A DNA stretch of 64,000 nt. Source: Nannocystales bacterium. GTDB lineage: Bacteria > Myxococcota_A > Polyangia > Nannocystales > Nannocystaceae. The translations under genes were made by a program, and so were the position numbers. The stretch covers positions 704,001-768,000 of the forward strand of contig JBOEGF010000010.1 in the NCBI GenBank assembly GCA_050633305.1, given 5' to 3'. Below the pieces are notes generated by a model. The model saw only the letters and a program-made list of their open reading frames with translations, was not told the origin of the DNA and ran no database searches. Shown piece by piece: positions 1 to 8,836 of the stretch. Position 1 is the stretch's first letter. Each line of letters begins with the position of its first letter.

Positions 1-680
1 CAGTTCAAGTCGGGAGCGAACGATCCGGTGGACAGAAACGTCACCTCGCAGGTGTACGAGAAGCCTTGGAACGTCCCGCTCGTTTCGTAGACGCCCGCCA
101 TGTCGACGGGGCCGGGAACCAACAGCGCTCCGTACTCGCCGTCGCAGCCCCAGATCAAGTCGCACCCATCCTGAGACACCGAGCACTGGTCGCCGTTGGC
201 GAGAATGTCCTCGCAGCCCTCCGGCGAGGAGGACGACAGCGTCAGGCTGTAGTTCCCTTGGACATCGGGACAGGCGGGCTCGTCTCCCGTCTCGTCGGTG
301 CTGTCGGCCACACTGTCGTTCGTCTCGGCCGTCTGGGTCTCGCCGGGGTCGCCACCGCAAGCGGGATCTTCGACCGAACGACACAGTCCAGGCTCTCCAG
401 GGTCCGCCGTTCGCAAGTCGCACCACTCGCCCGAACCGCAGTTGAGCGTCTCCAAGCAGCCCGGCAAACACTGAATGAGGCCGCTCTGCGTGCATCGCTC
501 GCCGGCTTCGCATGTGTTGCTTCCGCACTGGGTTCGACCATCGCCGTCGTTCGGCACGCAGATCTCCGCGCTCCCTCCGGTGCCCCCACCGGACCCCGAA
601 GCGTCATCATCAATGCAACCGGCCGCCACGAGGAGGCACGAAAGGCACAGGGACCGGGTGAAAAACTCTAGAACAGACAA
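1..680 (-). CDS. Cys-rich lipoprotein, 3' end runs off the window (absent from ORF track)
   Basis: Manual translation from TTG 680: LSVLEFFTRSLCLSCLLVAAGC-IDDDASGSGGGTGGSAEICVPNDGDGRTQCGSNTCEAGERC...; lipobox VAAGC, Gly/Ser linker, many Cys; in-frame TAA at 692-690 bounds the start. Confidence 0.8.
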   Translation of the reverse strand, partial: MSVLEFFTRSLCLSCLLVAAGCIDDDASGSGGGTGGSAEICVPNDGDGRTQCGSNTCEAGERCTQSGLIQCLPGCLETLNCGSGEWCDLRTADPGEPGLCRSVEDPACGGDPGETQTAETNDSVADSTDETGDEPACPDVQGNYSLTLSSSSPEGCEDILANGDQCSVSQDGCDLIWGCDGEYGALLVPGPVDMAGVYETSGTFQGFSYTCEVTFLSTGSFAPDLN

Positions 681-689
681 GACGTGGTC

Positions 690-728
690 TTAGTCCGAGA
701 AGCCCGTCATCGAGTTCCATGTTTTTTT
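690..728 (-). promoter_or_regulatory. Candidate ECF-sigma promoter
   Basis: Minus strand reads AAAAAAA-CAT-GGAACT-N17-GACTAA, ending 9 nt before TTG 680; resembles GGAAC..(T/G)CTAA-type ECF promoters. Confidence 0.45.
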
Positions 729-1694
729 GGAGCCGCTGCGGGGGGATCGATTTGGCCCGAACCCGCCGGCCCCTTGCACCTACCTCTTACCGCCTACCGG
801 CGTTGAGGCTTCGGAGCGCGTGCTTGCCCTCGTCGGTCGGCGCTTAGGCGAAACTCGCCTTGAAAAGCGGCCAGCGGCCGGTGCCGACAGGAGTCAAGGC
901 TGGGGGCACTGAGGACAGAAGCGGGCGCGCCCAGGGCCGGGTGGGCGTCAGAGGGAGTTTCGAGCGGCTCCGTAGCGCGCCAATGGGCGTACGGATGCCG
1001 ACGCGGTCGCGGTGAGCGGGGGCGTGATGGGGCCGAGCACTCCGGTCATGAACAACATCAGTGTCCGGGAGGTGAGGGGCGCGGTGGCGGCCGAGCGGCA
1101 TGGAGGGCTTCGGCGACCTCATGGGGACGGGCAAGCGGCGACGAGCGCTTCACGCATCGACGTGGGCGTACCGTGTCCCGGTCCTCGGGCCCGCGGTCGG
1201 CCGCCGTATGTGCTGGGAAGTTCGCCAAGGCAACGGTGGGGGAAAACGGTCGGCCTGTCGCGGTGGTGACTTCGGCGACAGGGTGGGGCCAGGGCGGGTC
1301 CGCAGAGTCGTTTCTGAGTGCCACGCGACGTGAGATGGGCAAGCGGGCACCTTGGGTTCACGTCGCGGGCCGCATCCGCGCACTGCAGACGGTGCGCATG
1401 AAACCCGTGTTCGCGGAGTCGAGCACGGTGCTCGACGAGGTCACGAGCACCGTGGGCGCACTAGACCGGATGTGAAGAGTTGGAGCACGGCGCGGTTCAG
1501 CGGAGGTTCGCAGGAAGCGGATGCGCTCCACGATGCCGTTTTCGATGCGTTCGAGGTGCACTCGAAGGGCGAAGCGCTCAACGCCGTCGCGGTCGGTCAA
1601 CGGTAGACGGCGCAAGCACGAGGGCCCCCCGATCCGGGCCAGCCTCAGTTCCGTTCAACCGCCAGGACTACAACGCGAGCTGACGCTGCGCGAG

Positions 1695-2141
1695 TTAGAG
1701 GACGGTGGTGATCTTGGTCCTTACGGAGTTGGCTAGGAAGCACTCTTGGTGGGCTTTGTGGTGGAGCTGCTCGAGTTGATCGGGGGAGAGCTCGACGCCG
1801 GGGGCGAACTTGGTGACAGGGTGGAGTTCGATTCTGGAGAGGACGGGTTTGCCGTTTTCTGCCTTCTCCAAGTAGCCGACGGCGTTGTCGGTGTACTCGT
1901 CGAGGGTCAGTTTTTGGAGGGCACAGAGGGCGAAGAAGGTGAGGGCGTGGCAGCTGGAGATTGAAGCGACGAAGGCTTGTTCGGGGTCGGGAATTTCGGC
2001 GGTGCCGAGGTATTCGGGTGCGGCGGATGCCTCGAGGCTGACGCCGTGGCCGAAGTCGATCTGGTGCTCGCGGGAATACTCTTTGTAGCCGAAGCCGGTG
2101 CCGCCGCGTTTCCAGGAGACGGTGACGGTGTGTTGGGACAT
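1695..2141 (-). CDS. OsmC/Ohr family peroxiredoxin-like protein
   Basis: MSQHTVTVSW..YSREH..DPEQAFVASISSCH..AHQECFLANSV; two conserved Cys; start reassigned to ATG 2141. Confidence 0.9.
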   Translation of the reverse strand: MSQHTVTVSWKRGGTGFGYKEYSREHQIDFGHGVSLEASAAPEYLGTAEIPDPEQAFVASISSCHALTFFALCALQKLTLDEYTDNAVGYLEKAENGKPVLSRIELHPVTKFAPGVELSPDQLEQLHHKAHQECFLANSVRTKITTVL

Positions 2142-2286
2142 GGGGCGACGATAGATGGAGTTCTGGGGGGGCGAGAATAAAACGAGACCGAGGTCGGGCG
2201 GGGTCGTTGAGGGGCGGAGGATGGAATCGCGCCTTGGACGCGGCTCGAGGATGAAGACCGGGTAAGAGCTACAAGTCGCTGCACGA

Positions 2287-2838
2287 CTACTTGCTGGCCT
2301 CGAGCGTGTACTTGAACTTCTTCGAGGCGCTCTTGCCGGCAAGGTGAACGGTGAGGATCTTGTCCTTCATCCCGCCGATCGTTTTCTTCCAGGTCTTTGT
2401 TCCGCCGCCCTTCGGAGCGGTAAACTCCCAGACCTTGACCGCCCGACCAGCCTGGTCGACCGAGCATACGGTCACGTTGGTCTTGGCCTTTCCGGCGAGC
2501 TTCTCAACCCGAACCGTCACATCGGTGGTGTTCAGGGGGGTCTCCGCAATGAACACGCGCTCTCCTGGGCCGACCACGGTGCCTGCGTGCTCGGTGTTGA
2601 CGATGAGGTCTCGGGGTCCGAGGCGGGCCCATGTGCCTCCGACGTTCGAGTTCCAGAACTTGATCATCTCGTCGACCTTCTTGGCATAGGGCAGAGCCGG
2701 GGCGAGAGAGCCGTACTTCGTCCAGATGTCGGATGCCACCGACGTGACGGAACCGCAGGTACCTGCCTCGGCCGGGGAGGGTAGGGCGATGGAGAAAGCG
2801 AAAACGAGCGGGAGGATGGGGATGAACTTGCGAAGCAT
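2287..2838 (-). CDS. Secreted hypothetical protein (paralog A of 6432..7166)
   Basis: Signal peptide MLRKFIPILPLVFAFSIALPSPAEA; basic, beta-rich mature region; colinear similarity to 6432..7166. Confidence 0.8.
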   Translation of the reverse strand: MLRKFIPILPLVFAFSIALPSPAEAGTCGSVTSVASDIWTKYGSLAPALPYAKKVDEMIKFWNSNVGGTWARLGPRDLIVNTEHAGTVVGPGERVFIAETPLNTTDVTVRVEKLAGKAKTNVTVCSVDQAGRAVKVWEFTAPKGGGTKTWKKTIGGMKDKILTVHLAGKSASKKFKYTLEASK

Positions 2839-2852
2839 GGCGTACTCGAACC

Positions 2853-2890
2853 GGTGGAGTTCGCAGCAGGCGGTTCGGATCCATTTTTGT
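2853..2890 (-). promoter_or_regulatory. Candidate promoter motif shared with paralog B
   Basis: AAAAA-N4-TCC-N17-CTCCACC, same spacing as 7173..7210. Confidence 0.3.
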
Positions 2891-3084
2891 CGCTCGGGTG
2901 TGGGCAGGACGGGCTCCAACCGAAGGTAGAGTCGTGGGGGCCGACCTTGGATGCATCAAATCGGAAAACGATTTCCGATTTCCAACCGGTCCTTGCCCCC
3001 CGTGCCTGTGACCTCCACGATGGACCGGTGTCGGGTTCACGAACGCCGCCAGGGGAGTTGGTCCCACCGACCCCCGGTGACACC

Positions 3085-5844
3085 GTGGATGAGGGGCGCA
3101 GCTTTGCGGCCGTCGCTCGGAAGTTGTTCGAGGCCGCGCCCGCCGCTCCGCAGGTGGGGCGCTACTACCTGCTCGAGCGCATCGGGCAGGGCGGCATGGG
3201 GGTGGTCTATCTCGGCTACGACCCCTCGCTGGAGCGACGGGTGGCGATCAAGTTCCTGCGGGACCGACACCGAGGTGGTGACCGGCTTCGAGAGGAGGGG
3301 AAGGCGTTGGCAAACCTCGAGCACCCCAACGTCGTCTCCGTGCACGAGGTCGGCGAGAGCAACGATGGTGTCTATCTGGTCATGGCGCACATCGAGGGGC
3401 AGACGTTCGACACGTGGTTGGCCGAAGGGCCCCGTCCGTGGCGAGAGGTGCTGCGTGTCATGGTCGACGCGGGACGCGGCCTCGAGGCGGTGCATCGGGC
3501 CGGGCTGGCCCATCGGGATGTGAAGCCGTCCAACCTGCTCATCGATGAAGCCGGACAGGTTCGGGTTGCGGACTTCGGCCTGGCCGTCCGTGTCGAACCC
3601 GGCAAGCGCGGTGTTGCCGTTGCGGGGGGGACCGAGGCGTACATGGCTCCTGAACAAGAGGACGGAGGCCTGGTGGGGCCCGCCGCAGACCAGTACGCGT
3701 GGTGTGTTTGTCTTCTCGAGGCGCTCACCGGGGCGCGAGATCGCAGCGGCGGGGTCGAAGGGTGGCGGCGTCGCTCGGTGCAGCGGGACGTGGCAGGGGA
3801 TGCCCCGCCGACCTACGTCTTTGCCGCGTTGATGCGCGGGCTGCAGTGCGAACCCGCGGACCGGTACCCCTCGATGGGTGCCTTGCTTGCCGAGCTGCGC
3901 TTGCGCGAGGAGTCTCGTCGCCCGTTGTGGCTGGGGATCGGCTTGTGCGTGGGGCTGGCAGGCCTTGGGGTTGGGTATGTCATCGCGCCGCACCCCGTCG
4001 CGGTGAGCGAGAACCCCTGCGCTGCTCAGCAGGGGGAGGCCTCTCGATCGTTCTGGACTGACGAGCGCAGGGATGCGGTTCGGGACGCGGCGCCAGATCG
4101 TTTCGATGACCCGCTGTGGTCCCGGTCGTTCGACGACTTGGACGGACTTGCCCGAGCGTGGGACCAGGCCAGCATCGAGGCATGCGAGCTGCACCGAGTC
4201 GGTCGCATTTCCGAGGCGGCTCTCGACGACCGCTCCCGCTGTCTGCAGCGTCAAGGGCGGGAGTTCGGCCTGCTCGTCGCGCTGCTCGCAGGCCCAGAAA
4301 AGGTCACGGCGATGACCGCCCGGGGCGCGATCGCGTCGCTCGAACGCCCCGAGAGCTGCGAGGTCCCCTCCGCGCTGCTGCGACCCGGCGGTGGCCAGAT
4401 CCACGACGCGGATTCACCCGAAGGTAGGCTCGAGCACGAGGTCGCCGACGCCTGGTCCCGGTATCATCTGGGGCTTCGTGAAGGGCTCGACGTTTCGTCG
4501 TTTGAGGCTCGAGCGTGGGCGCAGGAGGACCGAGCGCTCCGAGCGGATACAGCCCGTTTGCTTGCGGAGCTCACGGTGGACGTCGAGGAGAAGTATCGAC
4601 TGTCCGACCTCGCGGTTCGGAGCGCGATCGAGGGGCGGGCGCCGGTGATGCTGACCGCGGCGCTGCTTGATCAAGGGCGAATCCGAGAGTGGCTCGGCGA
4701 CTTGGACGGCGCGGACGAGCGCTTCGCGATGGCGGACGCGGCTGCACATGCCCTGGACCAGCTCTCTGCCGACTTCCCCTCGCTTGGCGACAGCACGAAC
4801 CGGCTGCGGGGGCAGCTCGAGCTTGCCCGGGGAAACCTCGCGCGTCGGCGGGGTGCCTACCGGGAGGGGCTCGCACACCAATTGGGGGCGATCTCCCAAT
4901 TCGAGGCCGCGACCGTTCGCCAACCGCTTGCAGAGGCTCGTGCTTGGATCAACGTTGGGGAGGCGCACCGTCTGCTGGGGGAGTACGACGACGCCGACCG
5001 GGCCTACACCCGAGGCATTCAACTCGCCCAGCCGCTTCTCCTCGAACACGACGCGACCTTGGAGGCGATGCTCGCCAACCGTGGAGCGTCGCGACAGGAC
5101 GCGGGGGACTGGGTTGGAGCCGAGGAGGACTACTCGGCCATCTACGAACCCTACGCGAAGCCGTTGCGGGGAGGGCAGGCTGTGGCGGCGTTCAACCTTG
5201 CGCTGATGGCCGAAGTGCGCGGGGACCTCGCAGCCGCGACGAAACACTGCCATCTGGCAGCATCCGCCGTGGGCCCGGAGGGGGTGGCTCCGACCCCGGC
5301 CATGGCTGCGCTATTCTCCCTGCATTGCTTGGCTCTCGAACACGAACTCGGACTGCGAGAGGTCTCGGTCGAATCGTTCGAGCGCATGTATGCCGAGGTC
5401 GAGACGTATGCGCTCGGGGATTCGAGCTTCCTCGTCTTGGGGCAGCTGCGGATCGCTCGGTCCATGCTGCTCGCTCAGCGGTGGTCGCAGGCTCGGCGGT
5501 GGATCGATACGGCGCGCAAGACCGCGAGTGCACCGGGCAGCTCGAACACGCTCGACCTCGCCGCTGTGAATCATCTCTCCGGCCGCTGGGAGATGGCGCA
5601 GGGCAACCGCGATGCCGCGCTTGCGGAGCAACGCCGAGCGGTTTCCGTGTTCGAGGACGGGGGCGTCGACCAGCACCCCGCCCTTGTCGACGCGCTGTTG
5701 GCACTGGGGGCGCTGGAGCCGGACCTCGGGGCCGCAGGCCGAGCGCTGGAGCGCGCCGGGCAACTCATCGAAAAACACGGCATGCACAAGACCAAGCGGC
5801 AGCGGTGGCTTGGGGTCCGCGCGGCACGGGGTCGCGATGAATGA
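3085..5844 (+). CDS. Membrane Ser/Thr protein kinase with C-terminal TPR-like region
   Basis: GQGGMGVVY, VAIK, HPNVV, HRDVKPSN, DFGLA, YMAPE motifs; TM LWLGIGLCVGLAGLGVGYVIA; helical repeats after; start uncertain (GTG 3085; frame open from 2854). Confidence 0.92.
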   Translation: MDEGRSFAAVARKLFEAAPAAPQVGRYYLLERIGQGGMGVVYLGYDPSLERRVAIKFLRDRHRGGDRLREEGKALANLEHPNVVSVHEVGESNDGVYLVMAHIEGQTFDTWLAEGPRPWREVLRVMVDAGRGLEAVHRAGLAHRDVKPSNLLIDEAGQVRVADFGLAVRVEPGKRGVAVAGGTEAYMAPEQEDGGLVGPAADQYAWCVCLLEALTGARDRSGGVEGWRRRSVQRDVAGDAPPTYVFAALMRGLQCEPADRYPSMGALLAELRLREESRRPLWLGIGLCVGLAGLGVGYVIAPHPVAVSENPCAAQQGEASRSFWTDERRDAVRDAAPDRFDDPLWSRSFDDLDGLARAWDQASIEACELHRVGRISEAALDDRSRCLQRQGREFGLLVALLAGPEKVTAMTARGAIASLERPESCEVPSALLRPGGGQIHDADSPEGRLEHEVADAWSRYHLGLREGLDVSSFEARAWAQEDRALRADTARLLAELTVDVEEKYRLSDLAVRSAIEGRAPVMLTAALLDQGRIREWLGDLDGADERFAMADAAAHALDQLSADFPSLGDSTNRLRGQLELARGNLARRRGAYREGLAHQLGAISQFEAATVRQPLAEARAWINVGEAHRLLGEYDDADRAYTRGIQLAQPLLLEHDATLEAMLANRGASRQDAGDWVGAEEDYSAIYEPYAKPLRGGQAVAAFNLALMAEVRGDLAAATKHCHLAASAVGPEGVAPTPAMAALFSLHCLALEHELGLREVSVESFERMYAEVETYALGDSSFLVLGQLRIARSMLLAQRWSQARRWIDTARKTASAPGSSNTLDLAAVNHLSGRWEMAQGNRDAALAEQRRAVSVFEDGGVDQHPALVDALLALGALEPDLGAAGRALERAGQLIEKHGMHKTKRQRWLGVRAARGRDE

Positions 5845-6427
5845 CCGTGCTCGACTCGATGCGTGGCGCGGCGGCGACGAAGCTGCGGGGCAGGCCCTGT
5901 TCAAGCGGCACTTTTCGGGGCTGTACCGCTTCTTCCGCAACAAGGTTGGGGACGACTGCGACGATCTGATCCAGCGTACGTTCTTTGCCGCGCTCAAGGG
6001 GATCGATGGCTTTCGCGGGCACTCCACGTTCCGCACGTTTCTCTTCGTGATCGCGCGACACGAACTCTATCGCTACCTTCGGGAGCGAGTTCGTGATCGG
6101 GAGCGCTTCGATGCCGAACACACGACCCTGGAGGGATTGGTGCCCTCTCCGAGCAGCGGGGCGGCTCGGGCCGAGCTCGAGCAACTCGTGCTCGACGCGC
6201 TGCGGCGGGTTCCTGTCGACATGCAGGTCGCGCTCGAGCTGCACTACTGGGAAGATCTCACGACCCGTGAACTCGCCGAGACGCTCGAGGTCCCCGAGGG
6301 GACGATCAAGAGCCGAATCCAGCGCGGGCGTGTGGCGTTGGACAAAGAGATCCGCCGCTCGCTCCGACGCGCGGGGCTGGTCGGTGATGAGCAAGCGATC
6401 GAAGCTGCGCTCGGCCTCGCCCCCTAG
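5837..6427 (+). CDS. ECF sigma-70 factor
   Basis: GDEAAGQALF..DDCDDLIQRTF..FRTFLFVIAR (region 2) and ELAETLEVPEGTIKSRIQRGR (region 4); ATG overlaps the kinase stop. Confidence 0.93.
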   Translation: MNDRARLDAWRGGDEAAGQALFKRHFSGLYRFFRNKVGDDCDDLIQRTFFAALKGIDGFRGHSTFRTFLFVIARHELYRYLRERVRDRERFDAEHTTLEGLVPSPSSGAARAELEQLVLDALRRVPVDMQVALELHYWEDLTTRELAETLEVPEGTIKSRIQRGRVALDKEIRRSLRRAGLVGDEQAIEAALGLAP

Positions 6428-6431
6428 CCAG

Positions 6432-7166
6432 TTAGCGAGGCGCGGTGACGGTCCCGTCCTCTCGTGGGGCGGTGTGGGTGTTGTCTTCACGCGGCGCGGT
6501 CACGGTTTGTGCGTCGTCGTCTTCGGGGTGAATCATCCGGGCTCGAACCTTGTACTTGAGCTTGTTGGTGACGCTCTTGCCATGAAGGACCACGGTGATG
6601 ATGTGCCCCTTCGCATCGTCGATGCGGACGGTCTTGATCTTCCCCTTGCGGGCGTCGGGCGCGACCTCGAAGGACTTCACCGCGACGGCCTTGCCCTTGT
6701 TGGGCACCTTGCACACAACGACCTTCACCTTGCCGCCGTGATCGAGCTTGTGGAAGTCGATCTCGACCGGGTTCACGGCGGGAATCCCCGAGATGAACAT
6801 GCGCTCGGTGGGCCCGAGTAGGGTCCCCTTGTTCCACTTCTCGAAGTCGATTCGGCGCGGCCCGATGGTCTTCCAGCTCTTGTCGCCGGAGAGCTTGTTC
6901 CAGATCTTCACGCCCTCGTCGATCAGCTTCAGCGCTTGGATGGCCGTGGCGCCGAACGGCCCAGATTTGGCGATCGCAGTCTTGACGACTCCGGGCGTCT
7001 CCTTCCAGACCTTGCTGCTGACATCTGCGGCGGTCTTGCAGCTGTCTGCCGCGTGCGCCTGGGATGGGGTCGCGAGCACAAACGCGCCAGACAAGAGGCT
7101 GAAACCGAGCGCGAGGGGGCGGATTCGAGCCAACCGTCGAGACTGGGAGGTGCGTAGCGTCGTCAT
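6432..7166 (-). CDS. Secreted hypothetical protein (paralog B) with repeated C-terminal tail
   Basis: Signal peptide ending SQAHA; similarity to 2287..2838 (W..IGPR, GT..GP.ER.FI, V.VC.V, I.TV.L.GKS..K.KY). Confidence 0.82.
   Translation of the reverse strand: MTTLRTSQSRRLARIRPLALGFSLLSGAFVLATPSQAHAADSCKTAADVSSKVWKETPGVVKTAIAKSGPFGATAIQALKLIDEGVKIWNKLSGDKSWKTIGPRRIDFEKWNKGTLLGPTERMFISGIPAVNPVEIDFHKLDHGGKVKVVVCKVPNKGKAVAVKSFEVAPDARKGKIKTVRIDDAKGHIITVVLHGKSVTNKLKYKVRARMIHPEDDDAQTVTAPREDNTHTAPREDGTVTAPR
6435..6506 (-). repeat. Coding 27-nt (9-aa) tandem repeat, about 2.7 copies
   Basis: TVTAPREDN-THTAPREDG-TVTAPR. Confidence 0.8.
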
Positions 7167-7172
7167 CACAAC

Positions 7173-7210
7173 GATAGAGCGCTCACTCGCCTTCTTGGAC
7201 GGCTTTTTTT
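7173..7210 (-). promoter_or_regulatory. Candidate promoter motif shared with paralog A
   Basis: AAAAA-N4-TCC-N17-CTCTATC; overlaps a sigma70-like TATCGT, so ambiguous. Confidence 0.3.
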
Positions 7211-7338
7211 GAAACGAGGACCCGGGATCGGGGGTCCGGGCCCGAACTCAAGGTCTGCACGACGAGGCCGAAGTTCCCTGATATGCGACGTCCCCTGTCC
7301 CTGTGCGCTGCGAAGTCGACCATGAAGCGAGGTTTGTG

Positions 7339-7728
7339 ATGAGCACCCGAGTTCTCGTCGTGGATGATTCCCTGATGGTCCGGGCCCAAGCGAAGCGTGC
7401 GCTGGAGGGCGCCGGATTCGAGGTCGTCGAGGCTGGAAACGGGCTCGAGGCACTCGAGCGTCTCACGGACGACATTGCGTGCGTACTGTGTGACGTCAAC
7501 ATGCCGACAATGAACGGGGTCGAGTTTCTCGAGGCGGCCTCGAAATCGGGCAAAGCCATGCCCCCGGTTCTCATGGTGACGACGGAGTCGGAGGCGAACC
7601 TCATCCGGCGCGCACGTGCCCTGGGGGCGATGGGTTGGATGCTTAAACCCTACAAACCAGAAGCTCTCATCGCGACAGTCAAGAAGCTGGCTGCTCGCGG
7701 GCGATCGGTGCCTCGATGCGCGTCGTAA
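7339..7728 (+). CDS. Single-domain CheY-like response regulator
   Basis: VLVVDDS, CDVNMP (phospho-Asp), VTTE, LKPY. Confidence 0.92.
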   Translation: MSTRVLVVDDSLMVRAQAKRALEGAGFEVVEAGNGLEALERLTDDIACVLCDVNMPTMNGVEFLEAASKSGKAMPPVLMVTTESEANLIRRARALGAMGWMLKPYKPEALIATVKKLAARGRSVPRCAS

Positions 7729-8759
7729 TAGCGATGCCCGCGGGCCCCGTCGGAGAGCGGTTCGAAGACGTTCTGCGGTCGCGGGGGTACGACGTCGTAC
7801 GAACGGTGGAGAAGCTCTCGAAGAGCGGAATCGCGGCGCTCGGCGGAGACACGTTCATCTGCGGAGATCGTCGGGCGTTGCGAGCGATCCAAGGTGCAGG
7901 GCTCAAGCCTCTGCCGCATGTCATCGCGGCTCTGCCGAAGCTCGATGAGAAGTCGGTGGGGGCAGCGCTCGCAGCAGGAGCTGTCGACCTGATGACCCGG
8001 GCGGCGTGTGTGTCGGAGCTCGTGGCTCGTGTCGAGCTCCCTGGCAAGTTCGCGACCGACTCGGAAACCGGAGGGAAGGGGCGCCTGCGCGGGAGCTCGT
8101 CCTGGGACAAGATCCCAGACCTCATGTCCGCCAGTGTGGGCTCGACGCTCGGCACGACGCTGACCCGTCGGCCGCACGACGGAGCGAGACCGGAGGTGGG
8201 ATCTGCACTTCGCGTGACGTGTCGGGACGATGCATCCACGGTGGAGATCCTCGTGGGCTGTTCGAACGAAGCAGGGCGGGCTCTCGTGCGCTCGTTGTTC
8301 GGGCAAGATGGTCCCGAGAGCGCGTTGCCGGACTGTCTGCGGGAGACGGCGAACGTCCTCGCGGGTGTTTTCAAGCAGGCAGTGATGTCGGATGGCATTG
8401 GGGTCACGCTGGGCTTGCCCGATGACTGTCCGCCGAAGAAGTTCGCCGACGCGGAGTCGACCTGGGCGCTGGAGGGCGACGGAATCTCGCTCGTCCTCGG
8501 GTTGCTTCCCGGCCAGGGGGGTCTGCGAACGGTCCAGGTGCAAGAACTCGTGCCCGGAATGGTGTTGCGCAGGGATGTCTTGCTCAACGGCGGGGTGCCG
8601 TTTGTGCGCGCTGGTACAGCGCTGACCGAGCGAACGATCGACAAGCTGGCCGAAGTGCTCGGCAGAGAGTCGTCGGTCTCGGTGGCAGAGGCGACCCTGG
8701 AGTATGCGGACTGCAGCGCGCTCGAGGACGACGGTTTGCTGCTCTTCGAGGCGAGCTAG
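7716..8759 (+). CDS. Degenerate receiver + CheX-like phosphatase + C-terminal LxPGM domain fusion
   Basis: ALAAGAVDLM..ELVARV receiver remnant without acidic pocket; DCLRETANVLAG ExxN motif; VQELVPGMVLRRDV..G..LTERTI tail. Confidence 0.65.
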   Translation: MRVVIAMPAGPVGERFEDVLRSRGYDVVRTVEKLSKSGIAALGGDTFICGDRRALRAIQGAGLKPLPHVIAALPKLDEKSVGAALAAGAVDLMTRAACVSELVARVELPGKFATDSETGGKGRLRGSSSWDKIPDLMSASVGSTLGTTLTRRPHDGARPEVGSALRVTCRDDASTVEILVGCSNEAGRALVRSLFGQDGPESALPDCLRETANVLAGVFKQAVMSDGIGVTLGLPDDCPPKKFADAESTWALEGDGISLVLGLLPGQGGLRTVQVQELVPGMVLRRDVLLNGGVPFVRAGTALTERTIDKLAEVLGRESSVSVAEATLEYADCSALEDDGLLLFEAS

Positions 8760-8765
8760 CTGTGA

Positions 8766-8790
8766 GCAGCGGGGGGTTAGCCCCCGCTGC
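8766..8790. terminator. Hairpin between convergent genes
   Basis: GCAGCGGGGG-GTTAG-CCCCCGCTGC perfect 10-bp stem; no U tract. Confidence 0.45.
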
Positions 8791-8836
8791 ACGTCGAGAG
8801 GGCCAGGACGGCGCATCCGGTGGATGCGTCCGTCAT

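Noticed and set aside
5837..6427. Phosphorylation-dependent ECF of the EcfP type
   Set aside because: Region 2.2 keeps acidic residues (DDCDD) rather than a Ser/Thr replacement, so direct phospho-activation is not supported by sequence
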